This document shows, piece after piece, positions 21,430 to 29,636 of a stretch of 64,000 nt of DNA. Each line of letters opens with the position of its first letter. Within the stretch, counting starts at the first letter, position 1. Both the position numbers and the translations under genes were made by a program. This stretch comes from an uncultured Chloroflexia bacterium (GTDB lineage: Bacteria; Chloroflexota; Anaerolineae; Anaerolineales; UBA4823). Location of the stretch: positions 195,479 to 259,478 of the forward strand of contig CAWBYY010000004.1 in assembly GCA_963793095.1 (NCBI GenBank). The letters are read 5' to 3'. The notes beneath the pieces were generated by a model. That model searched no databases, was not told where the DNA came from, and saw nothing but the letters and a program-made list of their open reading frames with translations.

Positions 21430-21520
21430 ACCTGTAAAAATAATAACAATAATTATAGGTAATAAATCAGTTGCGCGCAGTTATAAGACAGGATAAACTA
21501 TAAAAGGAAGCGAGGTCTAT

Positions 21521-21889
21521 ATGGATGTAATTAAGATTATCCTTTATATTGCAGCGGCGATATTAATATTTTTTGGGGTTCTATTTATATGGGGCGCTTT
21601 CGGTCCAGAAGGTTCAACAGGTTGGATACCTGTGGGAATCATCAGTGTGGCGATTGGATTTGGTTTAATCTGGTTAGGGAGTCGCAGAGCTAGGCAATCT
21701 GAGGCTGAAGGTTCTTCTATAACTTACCAGGTCGACCTGCCAGGTAATATCGAACTCGATCAATTCAGCTGTAAATCATGTGGCGGGGCTTTAAAAACCG
21801 ACAATATTGAGATGGTTGCTGGAGCGCCGGTAGTCAATTGCCCATATTGTGGTACTTCATACCAGTTAAGTGAAGAACCAAAATGGTGA
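21521..21889 (+). CDS. Two-TM membrane protein with a C-terminal CxxC...CxxC zinc ribbon
   Basis: Two hydrophobic helices, then CKSCGG ... CPYCG. AAGGAAGCGAGG ribosome binding site. First gene after the phoU terminator. Confidence 0.5.
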   Translation: MDVIKIILYIAAAILIFFGVLFIWGAFGPEGSTGWIPVGIISVAIGFGLIWLGSRRARQSEAEGSSITYQVDLPGNIELDQFSCKSCGGALKTDNIEMVAGAPVVNCPYCGTSYQLSEEPKW

Positions 21890-21956
21890 CCTTCCGGTTG
21901 TTAGAACATTTGACCATTCATAAATAATTTAGAATATTCATCTTGCTGGAGTGCTT

Positions 21957-22637
21957 ATGAAAAAGTTATTCGTCAGCATGGTTGTTTTGAGCATTATCTT
22001 GGTTATCCCGATTCAAGTTGCCGCTCAAACGTATCTTTTCAGCCTGGATAAGTTGGATGTACATGTATTTATAGATGAGGATGGAACATATGCAATCGAC
22101 TACATTCTGGTTTTTACAAATAATCCGGCTGCTTCTCCGATCGATTTTATAGATCTTGGCTTACCAAATCCCAATTTTGATATAAACCTGATCAGCGCTG
22201 AAATCAATGGGACACCCGTGGCGGATATTTCCAAAGGAGACTATCAGGGCACCGGATCCGGCGTTGCGCTTGCTCTGGCGCAGGATTCAATTCAACCCGG
22301 AGATTCGGGAGAGGTTCATGTATATATCGAAGGTGTCAGGAGAGTGTTGTATCCGGACAGCGAAAATAATGAATACGCCAGCGCTGTATTTTCACCCGTT
22401 TATTTTGGTTCCCAATTTGTAGAGGGCGACACGGATATAACAGTGACATTCCACCTGCCTCCCGGCGTTGAGCCTGATGAACCAAAATGGCATTCAGCTC
22501 CCCAGGGTTTTCCATCTGAACCTGTAACTGGTGTTGATGGTGACGGCAGAATCACTTACACCTGGTCAAATTCACAGGCCTCTGGAGACCAGCAATACAA
22601 ATTTGGAGCTTCTTTCCCATCCAAGATACGTCTCTGA
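21957..22637 (+). CDS. Exported beta-rich protein resembling the DUF2207 N-terminal ectodomain; probably the 5' part of a gene split from 22646-23650
   Basis: Signal peptide (LFVSMVVLSIILVIPIQVAAQ). The Y.F...LDV.V.I.EDGT..I.Y pattern is typical of DUF2207-like ectodomains (from memory). It ends 8 nt before the next ORF, whose frame is open upstream. Confidence 0.5.
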   Translation: MKKLFVSMVVLSIILVIPIQVAAQTYLFSLDKLDVHVFIDEDGTYAIDYILVFTNNPAASPIDFIDLGLPNPNFDINLISAEINGTPVADISKGDYQGTGSGVALALAQDSIQPGDSGEVHVYIEGVRRVLYPDSENNEYASAVFSPVYFGSQFVEGDTDITVTFHLPPGVEPDEPKWHSAPQGFPSEPVTGVDGDGRITYTWSNSQASGDQQYKFGASFPSKIRL

Positions 22638-22645
22638 AGATAGCA

Positions 22646-23650
22646 TTGTCAGATCCGATACAAATTTCCTTAGTCTTCTGGGTATTGGCACTGAAGCGGT
22701 CTGCCCGCAAATATTCTGTTGTGGGTCAATTCTTACTTGTAGCTGGTGGAATTTATCTGTCCTACCGGAATACCAGCAAGAGAAAACTGCAGTATCTCCC
22801 GCCAAAAATTGCAATTGAAGGACATGGAATAAAGCGCGGGCTTACCGCAGTTGAAGCCGCAATTTTATTGGAACAACCGATGGAAAAGATTTTGACCATG
22901 ATTCTTTTTTCAGCAATAAAAAAAGGCGCAGCTGTTGTCGTTGAACAAGATCCCCTTACCTTACAGGTGAGTGATCCGCCTCCGGATGGATTGTATAAGT
23001 ATGAAACCGATTTCCTTGAAGCTATGCAGATGGAGAATAAGCTAGCGCGCAGAAAAGCAATGCAGGATGGGATGATCGACCTTGTAAACAGTGTAGCGAA
23101 AAAAATGAAGGGATTCAGCAGAAATGAGACCATCGCATATTATAAAGATATAGTCAATCGCGCCTGGATCCAGGTTGAAACTGCAGAGACACCTGAAGTG
23201 AAAAGCGAGAAGTTTGAAGAAAATATGGATTGGACCATGCTTGATGAGGAATACGAAGATCGCACCAGAGATATATTCCGAACGGGTCCGGTCTTCATCC
23301 CCACCTGGTGGCCCCGCTATGATCCTGGCTATGGCCAGCATATACCTTCATCACCTAGACCAGCAGGAGCGCCATTACCTTCCACCGGTACACCTGGAGC
23401 TCCTTTGCCGCAGTTACCCGGTTCGGTTTTTGCTGCCTCAATTGTCAACAGTGTTCAGAATTTTTCTAGTGAGGTGGTCGGGAATATTACCGATTTTACC
23501 AATGGAGTGACTCAGAAGACAAACCCGGTCCCTCTCGCAAGCCGGGGACGAGGAGGCAGCGGTCGAAGTTTTTCCAGCGGTGGATGCGCCTGCGCCTGTG
23601 CGTGTGCCTGCGCAGGATGCGCATGTGCCTGCGCTGGCGGCGGCAGGTAG
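22646..23650 (+). CDS. Membrane protein with a DUF2207-like cytoplasmic segment, a Pro-rich region and a C-terminal poly(Cys-Ala) tail
   Basis: TM segment GQFLLVAGGIYLSY, then KRGLTAVEAAILLEQP..., a PRPAGAPLPSTGTPGAPLP stretch, and the ending SSGGCACACACACAGCACACAGGGR. The annotated start is TTG with no ribosome binding site. Confidence 0.55.
   Translation: MSDPIQISLVFWVLALKRSARKYSVVGQFLLVAGGIYLSYRNTSKRKLQYLPPKIAIEGHGIKRGLTAVEAAILLEQPMEKILTMILFSAIKKGAAVVVEQDPLTLQVSDPPPDGLYKYETDFLEAMQMENKLARRKAMQDGMIDLVNSVAKKMKGFSRNETIAYYKDIVNRAWIQVETAETPEVKSEKFEENMDWTMLDEEYEDRTRDIFRTGPVFIPTWWPRYDPGYGQHIPSSPRPAGAPLPSTGTPGAPLPQLPGSVFAASIVNSVQNFSSEVVGNITDFTNGVTQKTNPVPLASRGRGGSGRSFSSGGCACACACACAGCACACAGGGR
23579..23647 (+). 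repeat. Coding low-complexity (TGY-GCN)n tract encoding GG-(CA)5-G-(CA)3-GGGR
   Basis: Read directly: ggt gga tgc gcc tgc gcc tgt gcg tgt gcc tgc gca gga tgc gca tgt gcc tgc gct ggc ggc ggc agg. Synonymous codons are mixed. Confidence 0.9.
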
Positions 23651-23683
23651 GATTCTAAGTTATTGAGAAGGATTAACCCACAG

Positions 23684-25030
23684 ATGAATCGTTTTCTGTC
23701 AAACATTAAAAACCGATTGCGAAATTCACAATCGGATTATGCACAACCAGGTTTGTTTCAGTACCGGAGGGAAAATATAGGTGAATCCTCCAAAATCCAT
23801 CTGCGCGTTGACAGTGATGGTTCTGGCCTTCTCATTGTTAATGCAAATAGGGTTATGCATCTGAATCCAACGGCCGCGTTTATGGCTAGATTATTTTTGG
23901 AAAACACTTCGACTGAAACTTCAATACATTTGATTAAATCCCGTTACAGAACCACTCTCGATGAAGTAAATTCTGATTATATTCAATTTAAGGACCAGAT
24001 AGAGGAATTAATCCGACCAGATGGAGCCTGTCCAATTCATGATCTTAATCTGGAAATAAACCCTCCGTTTCATGTCAAGCCAACTGCTCCATACAGGATG
24101 GATCTTGCGCTTACCTACCGGTGCAACAATGATTGCCCGCATTGTTACAACGCACGCCCCAGGAATTTTATGGAATTAGATACTCAAGAATGGAGGCAGA
24201 TCATCAGTAAACTCTGGGAGATAGGCATTCCCCACATAGTTTTTACTGGAGGTGAGCCCACGTTAAGAGGCGATTTATGTGAATTAATCTCACACGCAGA
24301 GAAGATTGGTCAGATTTCAGGATTAAACACCAATGGTCGCCGGCTTCAGGATAAGGCTTATGTCAGGGATCTGGTAAATGCTGGCCTTGACCATGTCCAG
24401 ATAACCCTGGAATCGCACCATGCCGCTATCCATGATCAAATGGTTGCATCCAGGGGCGCCTGGAATCAAACGGTAGCAGGGATAAAAAATGCCCTTGATA
24501 GCCCGCTTTATGTGATGACCAATACTACCCTCTTACAACCTAACCGCGAAGACCTGGCAGATACTATTAATTTTCTGGCGAAGTTAGGCGTTCCCACTGT
24601 TGGGATGAATGCACTCATCTACTCAGGAAAAGGTAAAAGTGTTCACACTGGGATAGACGAACGGGAATTACAGCCTTTTCTGGAAACCGCCCGTTCACTG
24701 ACACAGAAAAATAATCAAAAATTGATCTGGTACACACCAACTCAATACTGCAATTTTGATCCGGTTCAAATGGAATTAGGTGTAAAAGGTTGCACTGCTG
24801 CCCGCTACAATATGTGCATCGAACCGGATGGCAATGTACTTCCATGCCAATCTTATTACAAAACGCTCGGTAACCTCCTTTTTGATGAATGGGATTCAAT
24901 CTGGAACCATGAACTGGCAGTTACGTTGAGGGAACGAACAAATCTCCCTGACAAATGTTACCAGTGTGCGCTTTTATCTGAATGTGGTGGCGGCTGCCCA
25001 CTATATCATCAACATCTCAAAAACAACTGA
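23684..25030 (+). CDS. Radical SAM/SPASM domain enzyme with an N-terminal PqqD/RRE-like domain
   Basis: CNNDCPHC (CxxxCxxC, 24122-24145), GIPHIVFTGGEPTLR, and SPASM cysteines (CIEPDGNVLPC ... CYQCALLSECGGGC). The N-terminal roughly 110 aa resemble a PqqD-like peptide-binding domain. ATG at 23684 has a GAGAAGGA ribosome binding site. Confidence 0.85.
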   Translation: MNRFLSNIKNRLRNSQSDYAQPGLFQYRRENIGESSKIHLRVDSDGSGLLIVNANRVMHLNPTAAFMARLFLENTSTETSIHLIKSRYRTTLDEVNSDYIQFKDQIEELIRPDGACPIHDLNLEINPPFHVKPTAPYRMDLALTYRCNNDCPHCYNARPRNFMELDTQEWRQIISKLWEIGIPHIVFTGGEPTLRGDLCELISHAEKIGQISGLNTNGRRLQDKAYVRDLVNAGLDHVQITLESHHAAIHDQMVASRGAWNQTVAGIKNALDSPLYVMTNTTLLQPNREDLADTINFLAKLGVPTVGMNALIYSGKGKSVHTGIDERELQPFLETARSLTQKNNQKLIWYTPTQYCNFDPVQMELGVKGCTAARYNMCIEPDGNVLPCQSYYKTLGNLLFDEWDSIWNHELAVTLRERTNLPDKCYQCALLSECGGGCPLYHQHLKNN

Positions 25031-25086
25031 TATTCCAGTATTGTTTTAACTGAAATCGATCTAACCAATTAAATCTGGGACGGAAA

Positions 25087-26241
25087 ATGCAAAGAATAAC
25101 CAAATCCTTTAAGAAATCAATATCTCCTGAAAAAATTGTTCAACCCGGGATTTACCAGTATCTATCACCTGCTGATGATCCTAGAAATTACCGACTGCAC
25201 TTAAGGATCGAGGTGGATGGGAATGGAATCCTGATAATTAATGCCAGCACAATCCTGCATTTAAACACGACCGCAACAGAATATGCCTATTTTCTGATAA
25301 AGAATACATCTCCAGAAATTGTAGCAAAAGAAATCTCCAGAAGGTATAAAGTTCAACCTTCTACTGCCAAAAGAGATTATCTTGATCTATCTGAAAGGAT
25401 TCAGGATCTTATAAATACACCTGATCTTGATCCTGTTTCTTTTCTGGATATGGAGCGGATTTTGCCATATAGTGGACATATCTCTGCTCCATACAGATTG
25501 GATTGTGCAATAACATATCGCCTGCCAGCATTGGATGACCCGAATTTTGCTCCCTCTGACAGGGTAGGTAAAGAATTGGACACAACAGAATGGTTAAAGA
25601 TTATTGATAAAGCATGGTCAGTTGGTATCCCACATATTGTTTTTACCGGAGGCGAACCAACCCTGAGGGATGATCTTCCGCAGCTTTTACAGCAAACCGA
25701 GAATAATGGCCAGGTGTCAGGATTGCTAACAGATGGCATCCGACTCTCGGAACCTGATTATTTAAATGAATTATTGCTCACAGGATTGGATTATGTGATG
25801 ATTGTTTACAACGACAAAAAAGAAGTAAGGGACGGACTGCAGGCATGTTTGTTGGAAGACTTATTTGTATCGGTTCATTTAACTCTTGCGGAAAATAATT
25901 TAGATGACATTACAAGTTCTATTGAAAATTTTAAATTAATCGGAGTAAAGGGAATTTCCCTCAGTGCCCAGACCCAAAACCTGGCTCCCCAGCTTGAAAA
26001 TCTTCGCAATAAGATAGCTGAGCATCAGCTTGATTTGATATGGAACCTTCCGGTCCCATATTCATCATTTAATCCAGTAAAATTTGAAACAAATTACAGG
26101 GGAAAAGAATCGGGGGAAGGTAGTGGCTGGCTTTATATAGAACCTGATGGAGATGTTTTACCTGCTCAGGGAATAAATCAGGTTCTGGGTAATTTCCTTA
26201 AGGATGATTGGAGGACTATCTGGAAAGGGCATTCTGATTGA
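25087..26241 (+). CDS. Pseudo-radical-SAM paralog lacking the CxxxCxxC and SPASM cysteines
   Basis: Collinear with the previous protein, including an identical GIPHIVFTGGEPTLR. LPALDDPN replaces CNNDCPHC and LPAQ replaces LPCQ. It ends before the CxxCx5Cx3C block and has only 2 Cys in 384 aa. Confidence 0.7.
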   Translation: MQRITKSFKKSISPEKIVQPGIYQYLSPADDPRNYRLHLRIEVDGNGILIINASTILHLNTTATEYAYFLIKNTSPEIVAKEISRRYKVQPSTAKRDYLDLSERIQDLINTPDLDPVSFLDMERILPYSGHISAPYRLDCAITYRLPALDDPNFAPSDRVGKELDTTEWLKIIDKAWSVGIPHIVFTGGEPTLRDDLPQLLQQTENNGQVSGLLTDGIRLSEPDYLNELLLTGLDYVMIVYNDKKEVRDGLQACLLEDLFVSVHLTLAENNLDDITSSIENFKLIGVKGISLSAQTQNLAPQLENLRNKIAEHQLDLIWNLPVPYSSFNPVKFETNYRGKESGEGSGWLYIEPDGDVLPAQGINQVLGNFLKDDWRTIWKGHSD

Positions 26242-27044
26242 CCCCAACTTTAACCGAATGGCATAATCGTTTCCGGCAGCAAGCCGGGTGGACCGCTGCA
26301 GTCAGGGAATATCTCTTCAATAGAATACCGGATTATTCCAATTTAAAAATCCTTGAAGTGGGAAGCGGAACAGGGGCGGTACTGGGACACTTTAGGGATG
26401 AAATCATAAATTCAAACCCAAATAATTTTACTGGCATGCAAAGCGCAAATCTGGTTGGGGTCGATATAAATCAAGAATTCCTTGCATTCGCAAAGGTTCA
26501 TTACCCATTTGTTTTTTATACTTTAGCCGATGGAATTACATTACCGTTCAATGACAATACATTTGACCTATCTTATACCCATTTTTTTCTGATGTGGTTG
26601 AGTGAACCTGTTAAAGTTCTCAAGGAGATTGTAAGAGTAACGAAACCAGGTTGTCCTGTACTCTCACTTGCAGAACCTGATTATGGCGGTCGAATTGATT
26701 ATCCCGATGATTTTAAGCCAATTTCAAAAGCGCAGAGTAATTCTCTTCAAATGCAAGGCGCAGATCCCTTCTTTGGCCGGAAATTAACTGCACACTTGGT
26801 CAAGGCAGGCCTGGTGGATATTGAAACCGGTGTATTGGGGGGAAATTGGAATAGAACGGAATTGATAAAAGATTTCAAAATTGAATGGCAATTTTTAATC
26901 TCAGATTTGCAAATGGTCAATTCAGATTTAGATTTGGAAGCGTTTCGTTTGAAAGAAGAAAAGTACCGCCAGGAAGGAGAGCGGGTATTATTCGTTCCCA
27001 CTTTTTATGCATCCGGTAAGAAACCGGATAGAGTCGCGACTTAG
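26238..27044 (+). CDS. Class I SAM-dependent methyltransferase
   Basis: ILEVGSGTGAV motif I and a downstream acidic loop. Its TTG start overlaps the previous stop (TTGA). Confidence 0.75.
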   Translation: MTPTLTEWHNRFRQQAGWTAAVREYLFNRIPDYSNLKILEVGSGTGAVLGHFRDEIINSNPNNFTGMQSANLVGVDINQEFLAFAKVHYPFVFYTLADGITLPFNDNTFDLSYTHFFLMWLSEPVKVLKEIVRVTKPGCPVLSLAEPDYGGRIDYPDDFKPISKAQSNSLQMQGADPFFGRKLTAHLVKAGLVDIETGVLGGNWNRTELIKDFKIEWQFLISDLQMVNSDLDLEAFRLKEEKYRQEGERVLFVPTFYASGKKPDRVAT

Positions 27045-27388
27045 GTTTTTAGAAATCCAATTTCTATATTATTATTTCGAATCCTGACAGGATAAGCGCA
27101 AATATCTATTACAGCCGGCAAAGATACTGCCTTCCCAGTCCGGATATCAAAACGGGCTCCGTGGCGTGGGCATATTATGTTGTCTCCTTCCAGATCACCC
27201 TCACCCAGAGGGCCATCATCATGGCTGCAAATGTCATCTACGGCGAAGTAATCGCCATTTATCCTGAACAATACAATCTGTTTATCATCAACTTCAAGAA
27301 ATAGTCTTTCCCCTTCATTTATCTCACCAATTGAACAAATTTCAATAAATTCGAAAGTATCAGGGTCATATTTAGTATCATCAAGCAT
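27041..27388 (-). CDS. Rieske [2Fe-2S] ferredoxin domain protein
   Basis: CSHDDGPL ... CPRHGARF motif. Last gene of the suf operon. Confidence 0.8.
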   Translation of the reverse strand: MLDDTKYDPDTFEFIEICSIGEINEGERLFLEVDDKQIVLFRINGDYFAVDDICSHDDGPLGEGDLEGDNIICPRHGARFDIRTGKAVSLPAVIDICAYPVRIRNNNIEIGFLKT

Positions 27389-27436
27389 AATTGTTTACTA
27401 TTTTTCAGAAAATGACCTTATAGTTTGGATTTCCGT

Positions 27437-27823
27437 TCATTCACCAATACTTTCACCAACACCATAAATGCCAGCTTTGAGGACCTTCAATGAAAGTAAG
27501 GCACATTTTATACGTGCTGGTCCTAATTCTAGACCCAGCATTTCAAGTAAATCCTCTTTTGTATACTCTTTAATTTCTTCCAGCGATTTTCCCTGGATGG
27601 ATTCAACAAGCAGATCTGCGGATGCCTGTGATATCGCGCATCCATAGCCGTCAAATGCTGCATCAGTAACAACACCTTCTTCATCTATGCGCAAATCTAT
27701 CCTTATGTGATCTCCGCACAGCGGATTGTCATCTTCAAAGGATATATCGTGTGGATCTAATTCCCCCTTAAATTGTGGGTTTTTATAACGGTCAATGATG
27801 ATTTCTCTGTATAAATCTTCCAT
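27437..27823 (-). CDS. sufU: SUF system Fe-S scaffold, SufU/NifU-like
   Basis: NPLCGD, GCAIS and a C-terminal RIKCALL motif. Confidence 0.8.
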   Translation of the reverse strand: MEDLYREIIIDRYKNPQFKGELDPHDISFEDDNPLCGDHIRIDLRIDEEGVVTDAAFDGYGCAISQASADLLVESIQGKSLEEIKEYTKEDLLEMLGLELGPARIKCALLSLKVLKAGIYGVGESIGE

Positions 27824-27857
27824 GTTTTAATTTTAATAATTATTTTTTGTCGGTAAT

Positions 27858-29123
27858 TTATATTCCGAATATATCTAGCACCGAATATAATCCTTCAGCC
27901 AGTTTATCAATTTCATCCCTTGTATTGTACAGGTAGAAACTTGCCCGCGCTGACGCAGGTATGTTCAATTTTTGATGCAGAGGCATAGCGCAGTGATGAC
28001 CAGCTCTTATGGCAATTCCTTCATTGTCCAATATCTGGGCGATATCATGCGGGTGCGAACCACTCATAGTAAAAGATACAACACCCCCTTTTTGCCTGGC
28101 ATCTGGACCATAGATTTTCAAACCGGGGACTTCAGTTAACCGCTCAATCGCATAACTTACAATATCCTGTTCGTGCTCAAAGATCTTTTCCATTCCGATT
28201 GATCCTAGATAATCAACTGCAGCGCCAAAACCAACCACTTCCGCAATTGCCGGGGTTCCGGCTTCAAATTTATATGGCAGGTCGTTTGCAGAGAATTCCC
28301 GCAACTTCACTTGCTTTATCATGTCCCCGCCTCCCAGGAATGGAGGCATCTTTTCCAGTAAATCCCGTTTACCGTATAAAACGCCAATTCCACTGGGTCC
28401 GCACATTTTATGCCCTGAAAATGCCAAAAAATCCATATCCAAGGCCTGAACATCCACAGGGAAATGCGGTACTGACTGGGCTCCATCGACAATGGTTGTT
28501 GCTCCAGCATTGCGAGCCATTTGTATTATTTCAGAGGCAGGAGTGACCGTTCCAAGTACATTTGACATTTGTGTGAAGCTAACCGCTTTCGGATTTAATT
28601 TCAACAGCTGTTCATATTCTTCAAGATCAAGCAGCCCTTCTTCTGTTACCGTGATGAACTCCAAATTTATATCGATAAATTCGGACAACAACTGCCATGG
28701 AACCAGGTTCGAATGGTGTTCCATCTCGGTCAAAATTACAGTATCACCCGGTTTCAAATTTGTTCGGCCCCAACTTTGAACGATCAAATTTATAGATTCA
28801 GTAGTATTACGGGTGAATATGATTTGTTCTGGTGATGGGGAATTGATAAATTCAGAAATTTTATTTCGGGCGCTTTCATATTGCTCAGTAGCATCCTCCG
28901 CCAGTTTATGGATTCCGCGGTGAATATTGGCATATGAATTTTTATAGAGGTGATCCATTGCATCCAGAACCTGTTCAGGTTTTTGACTCGTCGCAGCTGA
29001 ATCAAGATAAACCAGTGGGACACCTGGTTTTATATCCAGTGCCAGGATTGGAAAGTCTTTTCGGTAGCGGAGAAAATTAGAATCATTATCAGCGTGTGAT
29101 GTAAGTATCATAAAGTCTTCCAA
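27858..29123 (-). CDS. sufS: Cysteine desulfurase SufS (class II)
   Basis: HHSNLVPW, SGHKMCGPSGIGVLYG (PLP Lys) and RAGHHCA (active-site Cys). Confidence 0.9.
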   Translation of the reverse strand: MEDFMILTSHADNDSNFLRYRKDFPILALDIKPGVPLVYLDSAATSQKPEQVLDAMDHLYKNSYANIHRGIHKLAEDATEQYESARNKISEFINSPSPEQIIFTRNTTESINLIVQSWGRTNLKPGDTVILTEMEHHSNLVPWQLLSEFIDINLEFITVTEEGLLDLEEYEQLLKLNPKAVSFTQMSNVLGTVTPASEIIQMARNAGATTIVDGAQSVPHFPVDVQALDMDFLAFSGHKMCGPSGIGVLYGKRDLLEKMPPFLGGGDMIKQVKLREFSANDLPYKFEAGTPAIAEVVGFGAAVDYLGSIGMEKIFEHEQDIVSYAIERLTEVPGLKIYGPDARQKGGVVSFTMSGSHPHDIAQILDNEGIAIRAGHHCAMPLHQKLNIPASARASFYLYNTRDEIDKLAEGLYSVLDIFGI

Positions 29124-29162
29124 TTCCCTGTCAGTATAAATTAATAAGCACAGATGTATATC

Positions 29163-29447
29163 TTATATGGTTTGTCTTTTTCTCTTACGACGAAGAGGTC
29201 TGCGCAAATTTTGTGAATCTTTTGGACACCACAATACATGATCTGGAACCATCCAGCCATCAGTGAGGTAAACGTTTTCTTTAAATTGGACTGCGATCAT
29301 TTTTGGATCAACCTGTACTACTGTGCCTTCCAACCAATCACGAATTCGATCGGTGTTATCTTCGTGATCGCAATACACCTCAACTCGATCGCCGACTTTG
29401 AAACCTCTTTCTTCATCTGGATCTCTAGTAAAAAAAACTCCTGACAA
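29163..29447 (-). CDS. Small hypothetical protein with a basic tail, embedded in the suf operon
   Basis: 94 aa with an SH3/Tudor-like look (GDRVEVY...GTVVQV) and a C-terminal RRPLRRKRKRQ. Preceded by a 189-nt AT-rich gap. Confidence 0.4.
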   Translation of the reverse strand: MSGVFFTRDPDEERGFKVGDRVEVYCDHEDNTDRIRDWLEGTVVQVDPKMIAVQFKENVYLTDGWMVPDHVLWCPKDSQNLRRPLRRKRKRQTI

Positions 29448-29636
29448 TTTCTTCTCCTTATTTATAGTGCTTTTTATTTTTATAGTATCCCAACCAGTTC
29501 AAATTTAAGGATTCCCCACTTAAATTTTTATTTTTTTCTACTAATACACCGCAGTTGTGAAGGATAGATGTAATATTTTACTTTATCTGAGGTACAGTTC
29601 AAATTTTATTCGAAATTAAATTTACATATCAGAAAA

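Noticed and set aside
23512-23706. Minus-strand ORF (AQAHAHPAQAHAQAQAH), and the possibility that the TGCGCC-like tract is a CRISPR or tandem-repeat locus.
   Set aside because: It is antisense to the Cys-Ala tail. The tract is only about 50 nt, has no spacers, and is in frame with a long supported ORF.
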